From: Catajapyx aquilonaris
Taxonomy: Eukaryota
Length of the DNA: 64,000 nt
Assembly (NCBI GenBank): GCA_000934665.2
Contig: KZ538085.1
Coordinates: 1 to 64,000, forward strand
Direction: 5' to 3'
Shown: positions 41,845-55,800 of the stretch, piece by piece
Numbering within the stretch: the stretch's first letter is position 1
How the letters are laid out: each line of letters opens with the position of its first letter
Made by a program: the position numbers and the translations under genes
The notes under the pieces: generated by a model
The model's database searches: none
Told to the model about the DNA's origin: nothing
Seen by the model: only the letters and a program-made list of their open reading frames with translations

Positions 41845-44800
41845 GATGACTATATATTGTTGGTTATGCTAACCCCAACAATCTCTCTCTCTCTCTCCCA
41901 ACAAAAGGGTGTTGGTTGCAGATCACACTACAAGCCCCACTCCCCCCTTTTCCTCCCACACCCTCTCGTCTCTCTCTCTTTCCCCTCTCCTCCAGATGTT
42001 TCCTCTCTTCTCTCTCTCCGCCTGCCTTCTGACTACTCGTAGCCCGGGACCTCCAAGCCCTTTAAAGCCGCCAGCCAATCGGAGGTTCCAGGGACTCACG
42101 TGCTTTGCCACGTTGCCAACACAACAACAGACGGCGGCGGTGTACGTGACCAACGTGCATCGGATCAATCGTTCAAAGAGGGGAGGGGGGGTTCGGTTGA
42201 GGGAAGCTGCGTCAGTCCGCGCCATTTTTTTTTTGTTTCTTTTCTAAGAGAATGTGTCGTAGTTTCCAGTTATGTAAATGAAAAGGTGCGATGTACCCGC
42301 GGGTCACGCCACTTTGACCATTGTTATGCCGGGTGTGTACCCGGGGGCCAGCTGGCAGACGGAGCGGGAATGATAAAGACGGTTTACTTCCACGAACGTC
42401 CAGGAAGGGGGAAACCATTACTCAGAAAATTTTATTAGAGAACTTCTAGATCACCTGATGCAACATGCTTCAAAAATGAACTAATCGACATACAAAAGTC
42501 GCACAAGTATGTCCATCATTTGCGTAACTGCGACTTTTACGTACAGGTACTGATGCGACTTCAAATCAGCACCGTTGCGAGTGTGACGCGGATGGGGACA
42601 TTGCCTAATTAGCATGCTCCCTAATTAACACGCTAATGTCCATGAACACTGCTCGGTAATAACAAGTGCGCATATCCACTATGAACTAATCAATTGCGCG
42701 GTTCAATTGAATCTTCTTGTACTTTTTTCCCCAGCTGCTATACACACGAGATGTTTTCAACTCGTTATCGCACGTGCATAGCTGTGCTGAGATAGCTCCT
42801 AGAAACACTTATAACAAATTTTTTTAGTAGAGATATGTGGTTTTACAAAGAACAACGCGGCATTCCCCCCCNCCCCCCAAGCCGATAGATAAGCCTGACC
42901 TCATGGCGTGACCCTTTTTTTCTGCGGTCACAAGACAAGTTCTAAAATACCAGTGACGATATCCACTCGCAAAAATTGCATTGCGACGCAACTTATTCGC
43001 AATCGCAACGAAAAAACAGCGGAATTACCATAATAAACGCGGAGGTTACACGTATAGGATGAACCGCGACGAACTCTGCCAAATTGTTATTTAAATCTGT
43101 GCTGTACAAAGCGTATTTACGTTCTTGAAAGGGTTTTTTTTTGCGAAATAAGCAGGGCACGGAAAAACCCCTACATATCCTTTTAAAAATCTTGTCGACT
43201 ATATACAATGCTTCTATAGTATGCCGAGTTCAAGCACACCAAGTGGACTATATACAATGTCTCGCACTTGGCTGCTCATTATTATGTGTTATATAGGGAC
43301 AGTCAAAAAATTAGTCGCTATAGTAATATACAGAAAAATTCACCTAATTGCACAATTAATTTCCGGGCTTATAAGTTAGTAGTAACTGGCTACTCCCTCC
43401 ACGAGACGACGCTTCTGTCGACTATAGTACTGTAATATTGACAGCTAATATTTGGGTAAATCCGCAGCTTATCGCTTAAGCCTTGGACTTACTGGCTAAA
43501 TTTGGATTATACGACCTGCGAAATGATGCCAATAGAGGCCTTCAACTATAGCAGCTGATATACAACCTTGATGAGACAATATGCGGTTCGCGTGACTCAA
43601 AAGCTTTTTGTTTATTATCCAGACAGCAGGTTCAGCTCTCACTGAGTCACCCTGTGTGTGTGTGTGTAACAAGTGCACCAAGAATATAAACGAAGAGACC
43701 TTGTACCGGAAAGTAAAGGAGGCGTGGATTTAACCCTAAGTCACACAAAAAAAAAGATAAGGACAAAATCAAGGATTACGAAGCGAGATTAACTGACCCG
43801 GGATGATCCACATCCTCGCCAAATCTGCTGTATATATGTGAAAAAAGGATGACGCAACGAAGCGCGTGATGTCGCCAAAGCATGTCAACATCAATCTCTT
43901 CGCAGGAAAAAAAAAAAATACATATCGCGCATAATATTACTTGCAAATATCAGGGGAATATCCCAACTGCCGGATGCTTATTTATTAGCAAATGAGACAT
44001 AATCGTTTTTTACATAATTTAGCAAAATTCATTCGATTTGAAGCTTCTCTATAATATTAGCAGCTTAACATTTTTGAAAAATACACAACTTGGTGCGAAA
44101 AAAAAAAAATCGGGACGTCTCGAGTAGCATTAGGAGCTGAGGCTTATTGGCACAACAAACCCATGTCCACTTGTGTGCCCAGAGGAAGTGCGCGGAAAAG
44201 GCTATCGGAAAGTGCGATAGGCCCCATGCCATCCTCGAGATAGCCTCATTCGTGACTGAAGATAAGAAGTGCGATCGCAAGGAACTGATAAGACTTCAAG
44301 GTAATTACAAGAAGAAGAAGAGAAAAAAACTGCGAACAATTTTGCACGTAACATGCGATAGACACTAGGAAGCGACCAGCTTCCGGCAAACTATGAGCAA
44401 AAAAATATATATATATATTACTTTCTGGAACTGGTAAAAGCCTACTGCCGGTTTGGATGACTCCTGGTATGAAAAAGGTGGGGAAATTCGCGAACGCCTT
44501 TTGCGTGCAAAGCTCCAGCCCGAGGGCTTTATCTCGCAAGCTGCTACAACACGTATAAAAGTCAACAAACCCACATTCTGCTGCACTATCGCCCACATCT
44601 CTCATCACAGGCTCTAATGACGTCGAAAGCGAGGATCTATGCATTACACACAGAAGAGGGTGGGACCCAAACTTTTTTAAAGAGAAATTGCGAGACGAAC
44701 AATTCGCAAATTCTGTGAGAAAAATGATGGAAGAAAGATATGGCAATCGGAGGATAAATGTTTACATTATTCTGATGCAGCTTACTAGGCAGTGTCCACA

Positions 44801-47800
44801 ATGCACCTGTACATATTATATCCATTGAAGGCCACTCCGACGATTACCAATATCAACAAAAATACTCGGATGATTCATTGAGACGCAATTGTTTCCGTGG
44901 TATCTCGTTTCCGCATTAACAACCGGTAGATTACACAGCCGGTATCGCAAAAGTTTCGACCGCAGCTATGCGTCGTACCAGCATGTACCTTCCTGACACA
45001 CAATATACAAAAGAGTTGAGCAGCACATGCCAATTGTAATAAAAGGCGGCGAAAAACAATGGGCTGCGTCAGGTATGATGATGGCACTGGTGAGTACCGG
45101 ATTCTCCGGCAATAAAAATGGAGCATTGTTCCGCCTCGCAGTTCAATCACTCCTTTTGTGTGTATACGGGGGGGCCCATTCTAATCGCAGCCTGGATGAC
45201 TAAACCGTACTGTTTAGTCATCCGACCAGCAGGTATGCCCTCATCCTTTTTTTTTTCATATTCGACACAAATTCTTTTGACATGTCCGTGACACGTCCCG
45301 GACACCCTGTGAGAGGTCGTTTACATCAAGGAAACTGGACACATTATTTGCAACCAAATAGGGTGGACCGAGTACGAATTATTCGAGACACATGTGCGGA
45401 ATTACATAATGAATTTTGATGACGTGTCAGTAATAGCACGTGCCTATTCAAAACGAATTCTATTATTGTACAGTACTTGGTATGTTAACTACAGCCCACC
45501 TTGACTCAGCTGCCAAGAGCAACAATGCTGCTCTGTGTCTCGCAACATGTCTCGACACACAGCAGTAATATCCGTGTGCGCTACTTTTGATTTTAAAAAA
45601 ACGGAAATTACATGCACTCAAAAGGATTATTCAATGGTATTGGCAAATTCCTATACGTCAAATCGACAATACCCGCTGTACCCAACAATGGAAGAAAGGA
45701 GAAGCTATGCCGAATTGCTCCTCTTTAAACCAGCAGTTGCCTGGTTATAAACAACTCACAACGTTCTCTGTAGTTCCGGTTCTAATGTGATTACTGATTA
45801 CTGTACAAATTATTTCCTAGAAGATTTATTAAGTGTCATTTATTTACTTGCCGATTTTCACTCTCACCAGCACATAAGTAAGAACAATCGCCATTCTGCA
45901 GCAATCTGTCTCAACAGTTACAAGCGCCACATTCCTGATGCCGATGGTATTCATATAACATTGCTTCAGTTACATGTGCTGCTGTTAAAAATAACTTGCG
46001 ATGACACACACTGAATATTTCATTGCTTCGGCGCCTGTGAATTGGTTGAGGCATAGTTTTTTAAACGGAGCTCTGAATAATGTAATATATTTAATAGCCA
46101 TAGGTGGTATGTTGCGAGTACTTGATATGTCGTCGAGTGGCAGTCCGGCACGTATAACCTCCCCATGCTCAATGTATTAATGTCTTTTGCTGTGCATGCG
46201 TGCGTTTACAGCTCACGGAGGTTGAGTGTACGTGAACAATGCACAATTGGGCCATGTTGCTCCCAATAACAACTCGAAATAGACAAAGTGCCTGGTAATA
46301 ACGGTCGGGGTGTGGCCCTGGGGACTATAACAAACCACCGGCAATATACTATACGCACAGAGTGCAGCGTACGTGATGGAAGGCAGGGCCAGGAAGACAT
46401 TTAGAAGAAAAAAAATTTATAGTGTACGTGCAATAGTACTCGTCGGAGGCGCAACTCTGACGTCACGCCATGTTGCCAGCTCTGCAAGGACTTTTCTCTC
46501 TGTAGCCCTATAGCCTGCCAAACTGTCTGATGCAACTTACGCTAGACTTTGCTATGATGCACGTGACTGGGCTCACGATAGACATACTTCATAACAAGAC
46601 ACGCGCATAATTCTTCACAATATCAATATCGAAAAATGATCAGAAAAAATGGTTACGTGATAAGTACTGAACATTGAAAATTCCGCTATATACAAACGGG
46701 ACATTTTCAGGATGTATTTTTGCGGTTTTTACCCAATCGATGCCGCATTTTCCGTTTGTCACCGTTTGTCACGTACAGTATATACCAAAGTTGGCGAGAA
46801 GTCCCACTTTATTTTTGAGCTTCGTGCGCAAGACCTGTGCTTTAATAATCGTGTAGACATCATTGAACTTTTTCTGGCAGCATATAAAACCTGGCCTTCA
46901 CACCAGCAAACGACCGAAGCAACCGAGACTTGGCACATTTTTGGAGGGGGGCCTGTTATCACAACCAGACTGGACACACGAGACGGATGCACACTTTGAT
47001 GTGATGCAGGCCAAAGTTCGGCCACAATTGTTTTTCCAGACAAGAGATTTTCTTGTCCGATTATATTGCTGCCCCGGCGATCTCATGATACGTACAAGCC
47101 GCACTTTGTCCCCCCAAGGCACGAATCAAAACGGCCCCGATTTATATTTAGAATCGCAGTAAAAACATTTGCTCGTCAAGGAGGGGGAAAAAACATAACT
47201 TCCTGAAGCAAAAACTATGACGCAGACGACGTGCAACGGCCAGGAATTTGCCAAAGTCGAATCAGAAGCTATCAGGTCGTCCAATTGCCAAATTAATTCT
47301 CTAGCTTCACATAAAAATCATCAAATATTACTTTTAAAAAATGCAAATGGCAATTACAATTGACAATGTACTTCACATTCATTTTTAAGAAAAATGGCTT
47401 TTAAAAAGTAGTCATATCGTGAATAATGGAAGCCAACTATCGGCTAGAATACGTATTATTTCGAATTAATTTTCACTATTTCATGTACAGTGTACTTTAC
47501 ATAATTATTGCTGATTATTACCACATGTATGCAATCGTTTAAAATTAGTGACAATCGCACTTTACAATGGACCGTCTGTAATTATCTTGAATTGGTTTCC
47601 ACTTTCATCACCTAAAGTGTACTGGCAGTATACTGCTTTTACATAGCAAGGCAGTGCACATGAACTGGACTTCCTGGTAAGTGCTGTGCGCACTTATAGG
47701 CAGGTGACCTCCGCAAAGGTCGGGCCAAGTTATTACATGCCAAGTTCGCATCATCGGCCGCGCAATAACTACTTTTCAACAAGACGTAGGTACTTGCCTC

Positions 47801-49607
47801 TCCGCATATAATGCGCCGTGTTTACATTTTCCCATTATCCTTCAAGGTAAGAAAAACAAAGGGTCGCGCCACTGCCGTGCAGTGACGCTATTGGCTGCAC
47901 TTCCTAGTCTGCAAAAAAATATATTATATATTTTTCGCAAACTCGGCTGATCGGGGCAGTCATTCATCCCACAGGTTCGCAACTTCTCTTTTTTTTATTT
48001 TCTTTCTTCCAAGCACTATTCTGGTATGGCGAGTTTTGTGGGTCGCCCACCTTAATGTACGGCCGTCTCCTGGACCTCGCCCAATCTAGAACCTATAGTA
48101 CACAACCTAGATAAGACCAGAAACACGCCATTGCCAAGATACCAAGGCATCCAGAGGATTACAATTCTCAAAAGCTAAATAGTTCTGACGAAATCCCAAG
48201 CAAACGTGGCCAGCACAGATTGATAACAATCTCTGATGTTACTCTATAAAACTCTCGTAATAACCAGCAGATTACGACATTAAAAATAGGCGCAATTATT
48301 ACAAGGTCATGCTCGTTACACTCGGCTACTAGGAGCTGAACTGTGACACAATAATAACAATCTTGTTGGACACTAAATCAACAGTTTGTCATGTTCCTCT
48401 GCATTACTAACACACACTAATTTGAGGTATTTTTATCCTGAACAGTGCTTGCTTTGCCCCCCTCAAAAAAAAACCAACTAGGTCATTCTACTCTTCCTCC
48501 ACATTCCCAACACCTTAAAACCATCCTGGGGGAAAAAAACCTAAATGGTCAACAAAAATATAAGTGACAACATGTCTGTACCACCCAAGTGTGTATGATG
48601 CTTGTCAAAAATAAACCTGTCTGGAGGTGGTTGAGGCGGAAGGAAGTTGTTACTACAAAGGAGTTGAAGTATAAGAAGAGGGTGACCTTGTCCCTTTTTG
48701 CGTCGCAGGCTATAGGGGCAGCAACCTTACCCCCCACTAGTAGCCTCCTCTTCATGATCAGATGCCCTATAACCAGTGATTGAATGGAATGGCTGTGGGC
48801 CAGATCGTTGTGCGCCGTTCACCACCCCTTTTGCTAACCCCTTCTTTTTTTTTTGCACAACACCTCAGTACTTATGTAACCCTATCGAATCCCCGGGAGA
48901 GACAGCAGGGGGGAAAAACAGTTTAAAAAAAATTTCAGTTGGCAATTGCGCAGGCCGACTTATTGCACACATCACTATTGCGAAAATACTCTCCGCGGCT
49001 AAGTACAGTCCCATAGTTTTGGCATGGCAACAACCAGGCAGCACCTGCCTGGGCCAACGCGGCTGCCATCTGCACATGTTACGGACAGCATGATTTTACA
49101 CAAATTGTATCCAGTTGGAAAAACTCCAGTGTAATGAGATAAAGTTATATCACTATTAATGTAATAAAAACTCACTAACTCTTGGTAAGACGTGGCTCAT
49201 TATGTAAATTAAGTTGGATGTGGACTTGAGCCAGGTCGGACCAAAATAATTGCGCACTTTGATCCCATTTGCAGCCTATCTGTTAAATATCTTGCAGCTT
49301 ATTAATAAATGCGCTCAACTGCTTATTGTGTAAACACTGCATGAACAGAGCAAGAATAACTCCAAACAGTCAGATAGCCTTCAGAAGTTAATAATTCCTG
49401 TCTTAGGAGGCACTCGAGTATGTCAGTCCACGCATGAGAAGAAATGTAAATAGGATGTTACCTTCTACATAGCGTTATAAAACTGGGCGTGAAATGCACG
49501 CTCACTCAAAAGCTGAGACGACTTTTGCATTCGTGCAAAATACAGTACGTCGTCTACATTTTAATAAAATGCGGTAACACCGACGTTAACAGTGAGGACT
49601 GCTCTTA

Positions 49608-51222
49608 CCTTGATCGCCACAATCCCCTCCTGCCAGATGTTGTTCCTTGCATCCTCCCCCAATGCCATTGCTGCCACATCCATTGCTGGCCCCATCACTC
49701 GCCCCTGGGGTGGCCCCAGGGCAGGCAGGCACCAGGGGGGGGCGAGCTAGCGAGGGGGCGAATCCGGGGCCGAGCTGCTGCTGGTGGAGCGGCGGCGCCT
49801 CGCCTTCCTCCTGAGGATTTAAAACAGAAATCGCAAAGCTTGGTGAGAATATACGCAAAATCGCCATATTTATAAAAGGTTTTCATGATTTTGTGTCATC
49901 AACCTACAAGAGCCTCACTTGCTTGATTAGCTCATTTTCTATGCTCCAGCTAATCACAGTCTTCAAAACATTGACCCTGTTAACGTTATGATAAATCATG
50001 TTTTATATCTGGGTTCCCAAAGCAATTGTCAAACGTTGCTGGTTTTTTTCAAGGTCAGAACGAATGATACATGGTATCTCATTTGATATTTGCAATTTGA
50101 TGGGAATTCCAGTGGGTGAGATGTCAAGTGCTATCTCGTTAAGTTTTCAGGTATAAACCTTTATATGAATGAAGTGCATGAACCTGCTTTTATCTGATAT
50201 AAGTACAGTGTACTGCATGTTGCTTAACCGTAAGGTCACCAACATTATTTACGAAGGTCAATTTTGTTGTACCGCAAATGTTCCATATTACTGATATGCA
50301 TGTGGTTAATAAAACATTTTTTTAAACACATTTTTGAGCAATCCACAACTAGCGAAAACACATGCTACACAGAAAAAAACACTTGTACGAATTAGCACAT
50401 TTGAATCACATCAAGATGACTTATCCGCCAATATTCTGCAACATCTGCTTTTCATAAAAGTCTGCTGAATTATTTGGCATGCACATATTTTACATCAATG
50501 TCCAAATAAATATATATGAGGTGACTCATTACCACGTGCAGCTAGGTCGATATCTTTTATTAACATTTCGCTAATCATAGTAAGATTATTCATTTCACAT
50601 TGACAGATGTCCTTCGAGCCTTTTTTAAAATGAAGTATATTGCAACGAATCTTATTACTACATTAAGCATGTGATTTCAGGCATATGACTTCAGACATGT
50701 GATTTTACCACAAGATACATAAAAATTGTATTCCTCATCAGTAAACTCGTTATGTAATAACTGCGGTTATCTCCCAACACTGCGCATTAAAAGCATAAAA
50801 AATAGCACCGTATCTCAATCGCATCTGTACGCTATCACCCAGCCAGCAATCTAACCGCTGGTTATTGAAAGCGGTATCATAATAATAAATAAGTAATAAT
50901 TTATTCCCTCTGAACATATCCGGTTAAGTGTAATAACCCTTGTGGTATGTGGTTTCTTTTTATCAATTTTTTTTAAAATGTCCATTGTGTGAATGGCTGG
51001 CCACACCCATTTGACATAAGGGCCGCCCTTTGTCCTGCCCCTGCCCCGATTCGACCCCCATCTCATGCCCTGACTTCTTAAGTGTCCACTGGCCCTGGTT
51101 TGGACTCGGGGCGGCCCCTGGGTCCATCTTTAAATGTCCAAAATATTCACCTGGAGCAGCCCGTCCCTTCCGGAATCCATCGCCTCCTCATCGCTAGCTG
51201 AAGCCACGTTGCCAAGTCCCAT
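49608..51222 (-). CDS. Candidate distal alternative 5' coding exons of MNK/Lk6
   Basis: Exon 51222-51151 (MGLGNVASASDEEAMDSGRDGLLQ, phase 0) and exon ~49812-49608 (EEGEAPP...GDCGDQ, phase 1) are phase-compatible with the MNK exon acceptor at ~40457. Confidence 0.55.
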
Positions 51223-51569
51223 CAAAACATGCAGTTGCCATGGGAGAACACCGCGGCATTCATTCGCCCAATCCATCTCTAAATCACCTCACACGTTTAA
51301 TCAACCCATAATTAGAGTCATTACAAGTAAAAGATGCGGCAGTGCGTTCATGTGCTGTTTGTGGCTGGAAAACTGGCAACAATGCGTGACGTCACGGAAT
51401 TGTCGGCCATGTTGGATCCACATTTTGGATTAAACATGGCGGATTTCAATTTCTGCGCCGTTCGGCACATTCGCAATTAGAAGAGTGGGCGTTTGCACCA
51501 TCTAGCGGCGGAAACTTGAACTAACACATTAACCACCTGGCGGACCTGGTCGAAAACATTACAAGTAAC

Positions 51570-51629
51570 TTTTTGTATTAAAATCACATTTAATGATCAT
51601 TTTTGTATTAAAATCACATTTAATGATCA
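51570..51629. repeat. Exact 30-bp tandem duplication
   Basis: tttttgtattaaaatcacatttaatgatca x2. Confidence 0.9.
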
Positions 51630-51812
51630 CAATTAAAAAGTTTAATTGGCCAAATGAAGCATTGTTCCAACTACTTACCCGCCATACGGAAAGGTGCTGG
51701 AGGTACATACAGAGCCTGTAAAGCGCGGACTCTCACAAGAAAATTGCATGATATTACACTCGTAAGAAATAAAGACAAAAAGTTGAATCCGTGACGTTTA
51801 TTTCACATTGGC

Positions 51813-52253
51813 TCAATTGTCACTGACGTCGACATTCTCAGTTTGCAGTCCCTTGAAGCCCTCGACTGGGACGTACGTAACGAGGGTGTACAGCTTGTGC
51901 GGTGAGTCCTCATCCTCGTTGCGCCGGCGGGAGAGACGCACTCGCATGCGGAAGGGCACGTTCCTATCAAGTGGAGGGGAAAAATTAAACCAAATTTGTT
52001 CCGTACATTTCCGTCCAAGCCGAACGTACCTGACTCCCTTGCTCCAGACCTGCTTGTTGAGCCTGATGTCAATCCGGACGTCCTCGGTGCCCATCTGCTG
52101 CACTGCGAACTTCCTGATCTCCTTGATGGCCCGAGGAGCCCTCCGCTTGAACCCGATGTTATGCAGGCGCTTGTGCAGGTTGACGGTGTACTCCCGGGTC
52201 ACCACCTCGTTGATGGCCGACTTGCCCTTACGCTCTCCCTTTGCCTTGGCCAT
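51813..52253 (-). CDS. RpL31: 60S ribosomal protein L31
   Basis: [31 protein letters not shown]...[43 protein letters not shown]; 66-nt intron at 52029-51964; probable non-coding first exon ~52460-52422. Confidence 0.97.
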   Translation of the reverse strand: MAKAKGERKGKSAINEVVTREYTVNLHKRLHNIGFKRRAPRAIKEIRKFAVQQMGTEDVRIDIRLNKQVWSKGVRYVRLGRKCTEQIWFNFSPPLDRNVPFRMRVRLSRRRNEDEDSPHKLYTLVTYVPVEGFKGLQTENVDVSDN

Positions 52254-52855
52254 CTGAAGGAGAGACACACTGTGATGGACCAGCAGCCTAGGCTTAAACA
52301 ACAGTGTTATAATGAAGATGGTTTCTCAACGGATGTGGCTTCCAGGAAATGTATCGAGGGCCTCAGATTGGCTGGAAGTGGTTAAATGTAAGGAAAAGTT
52401 GGCCACAAGTTGAAAAACTCACGTCTTTTTTCTTTCCTTTCCGAGTCGAACAGAAGCCACGCGACGAACTAGTCAGGACCGGAAGCGCAGCTCAGGGCTC
52501 GATATGTGGGACGCCAAGTACAGCTAGCCAACACAATCCGACCCTATTGCTACTGTTGTCGGCTCATACTATTTCGATACAACTGTACCTCTCATGTAAA
52601 TCATCGTTATGACGTCACACGATGTGGGCCCTGCAAGAAGCGTGTCCTTCTGGTTTCTATGCTCGTGGCGGGGCCCCCAACATGTGCTGGGCCAACAAAG
52701 AGGGGTAAGTACACTCTGATATGACCTCTTGTACCCCCCTAAATCTTGATTACTTCTCATGTGGTGCTATGCAGAGCCTGGGAAACTTCTACACTGGCAG
52801 TGTCTCGCTGGGGATCAACCCAGGAAGAAAAGGAAGGTGGCAGTGGCAGCGACCA

Positions 52856-55800
52856 ATGACGATGAAGGTTTCGCTTGTGGTTGCAGTACTTGTTGCTGCT
52901 GCGCCTACTCTAGCAATAAGTGAGTACCTGGCAATGATAGGTTTAATTGTTTCAAAATATTGATTGGTTTTGCCATGCTTATCAATATCATGTCATCAAT
53001 ACGTTGCAACGATGAGCAGGAAAAGGCAGCGTTGTGTTCAACATGCGCATATATGAATGTGCCATGTTGACAGCCATGAAACATTCAGTGAATTGCGTGA
53101 ATAACAGTCATGTTGTGGCTTGCAAATCACTCTGAGCAAGTTGGGAGTAGTTTTGAATCATCCTGTACCATACGCAGAAAGTGGTACTTACAGGGAACGT
53201 CTTAATATGTGGATTGAAGGAAATGTCAGTAATGTTAATCATGTCAAAGTCATAAACTACATCGTCAGTGGCTAGAGGGTGAGTTACAATCGTCTTTTTT
53301 TTTTGTTGTCAACTTTGGAATGATTAACCTTATCATCTGTTTTTGTAAGTGTCACCTTCATTTTGTGCGTTCCTTGTGGTGATAATGACTGAACTTGACT
53401 GATATTGTTCATCTAAGTACAAAGTAAAATGGAAGAAAATGTTTTTGCAGGTTCATGAACTTCTTGCAATGTATCTTGTTTACTAATCACAATCTTCTTG
53501 CCCAGTAATTGTCCATAACTTGCAAAGTTTTTGTATACATTTGTGTACTCCTGACACACGTTTTTTTCCCCCTCATTGCTATAGATTTGGAACGATGGCC
53601 AGAGCTGTCTCGCACATTAACCCCGTCTGCTTCAGCCGAGGTTCAGACTGAAGCTGTCCAACAATTGATCCACCGCCTGATTCCATCCCGATCTAGCGAG
53701 TTCAATGCACGAGTTGATCCAAGTTTGGCCATTGGTTCTCGAGAAGGGGACACATTCAGCATACTGAAGATTCCAGGCGTTCCCTTCGTGGAGATAGTTG
53801 GAAGCACTGGAGTTGCGGCCTCGATGGGTTTCTTGCATTACCTGAAATATTTCTGCTACTGTCACGTATCATGGGAGGCTGACCAGTTGAACCTGCCTGA
53901 CACACTACCTAGTGCAAGCGTAGCAATAGTGACCAACGACAGGTTGCGATACTACCAGAATGTGTGCACTGTTAGCTACAGCTTTGCCTGGTGGGACTGG
54001 AGCCGTTGGGAACGTGAGATTGACTGGATGGCCATGAATGGGATCAACATGCCCCTGGCCTTCACGGGTCAGGAGGCCATTTGGGAGGCGGTGTTGCTGC
54101 GACTTAACCTGACCCAGCATGAGATTGACGCATTTTTTGCCGGACCTGCCTTCCTTGCATGGTGTGTTGTGAGATTCTTCTTGTGCACAAATATGCAATT
54201 TTGTATGCCCATTATTGCAGGGGTCGCATGGGCAACATTCGAGGCTGGGGTGGACCTTTGTCGTCCAATTGGCATCATGCTCGGCTGCAGCTTCAGAAGA
54301 AAATTCTGGCTCGCATGCGTTCCCTTGGTATGCTCCCGGTGCTGCCTGCTTTCGCTGGTCACGTCCCGGCTGCATTTGAGCGTGTTTTTCCAAACGCAAG
54401 TCTCACTCGGCTCAAGTCGTGGAATTCGTTCAGCTGCAACTACTCCTGGTATGAAGTCTCAAATTCAGCGACTTTGAACATTTACCACAACTTTTGTTGC
54501 ATACATTTTCAGCACATACCTGATGAGTCCAACAGATCCATTATTTCAACAAGTGGGCGCAATGTTTATGAAGGAGGCAAGAGAAGCAGTTTTCACACAT
54601 TTTGTAGTTAAATATTGCGCTGCATTGTGGCTCATTTGCTCTTTTTAATATTGACAGATGATATCCCAGTTTGGGACAGACCATTTGTACAACTGCGACA
54701 CGTTCAATGAAATGCGTCCTCAGAGTTCAGATCCAAAGTATTTGGGCGCTGTCGGCAAAGCGACTTTTGATGCTATGAACAATGTGGATCCGAAAGCTAT
54801 TTGGTGAGTTTATGTGCGGCGTTGTGAACGTAGTCACATGTAGGATGTATACAAGGTAATGAGAGTACAAATATGCAATACAAAAAAAAAAAACAGGGTC
54901 ATGCAGGGGTGGCTTTTCCATCATGACTTCACCTTTTGGAATTCCGCTCGAGCCCAAGCTTATCTCACATCCGCTCCCATTGTGAGTAAGGTCTCTCGGT
55001 TAATAATTTTCTGTCCTTTGCTTGTTTAAAAATAGATTCAAGGAATGGCTTGTAGTATTGGTTAGATGTAAATCTGTCTCATTGGCTTACAGTATGTAAT
55101 CTGGATGTCAGTGGTCTGGATTTTAAAAGGAAATTCAATTCTCCATCACCAAAATATAAAGTACTTTAAATAGTGCATGATTTCAGTATGCAATGTTATG
55201 TGAGTAGAAATGCATGAAAATGCTACAACAATAACTGCAACTAACTTGGTCGCTACAAACATGAAGGCAATCCATGTTAAAAAGCTCTTACGACATCTCC
55301 GTTTCAACATAGCCGCACAATTCATAGCACACTTTAACTCCTTTCCTGGTTTTTGTGTGAATTTGTCCGCTCTTACGACATGGATTGCAGTCTCCTTTTT
55401 AACGAAGCGTATCTTGTTGCTGCATATTAACCTAACAAAAATGCTCGACCATTATACCGTTTCTCTCTCTTTGCATCTGCTTTTACTCTGGAATTGTGCT
55501 GTCTAGGGTGATGCAAGGATGGCTGTTTATAGATGAGTCTTTTTGGGGAATCAATCAATCCCAAGCTTACCTACTGTCAGCTCCAGTTGTAAGTACCTCA
55601 GATAACCCAGGTTATGCATGTGGTTCATTCGGATCATGTTGCATTTCCCTTTTATTAGTTCCGTGTGTTAACATAATATGGCTCTTTATTTCTCGCAGGG
55701 CCGGATAATAGTTTTGGACCTGCAATCTGAACTTAGTCCGCAGTTTTGGAGGCTGAAGTCTTACTTTGGGCAACCATTCATTTGGTGCATGCTCCAGAAT

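Noticed and set aside
45194..45223. 12-bp-arm hairpin ggatgactaaac/gtttagtcatcc
   Set aside because: It is short and isolated, with no context from which to assign a function.
51964..52029. Apparent 22-aa insertion in the RpL31 ORF
   Set aside because: It is a 66-nt GT-AG intron that happens to be in frame and stop-free.
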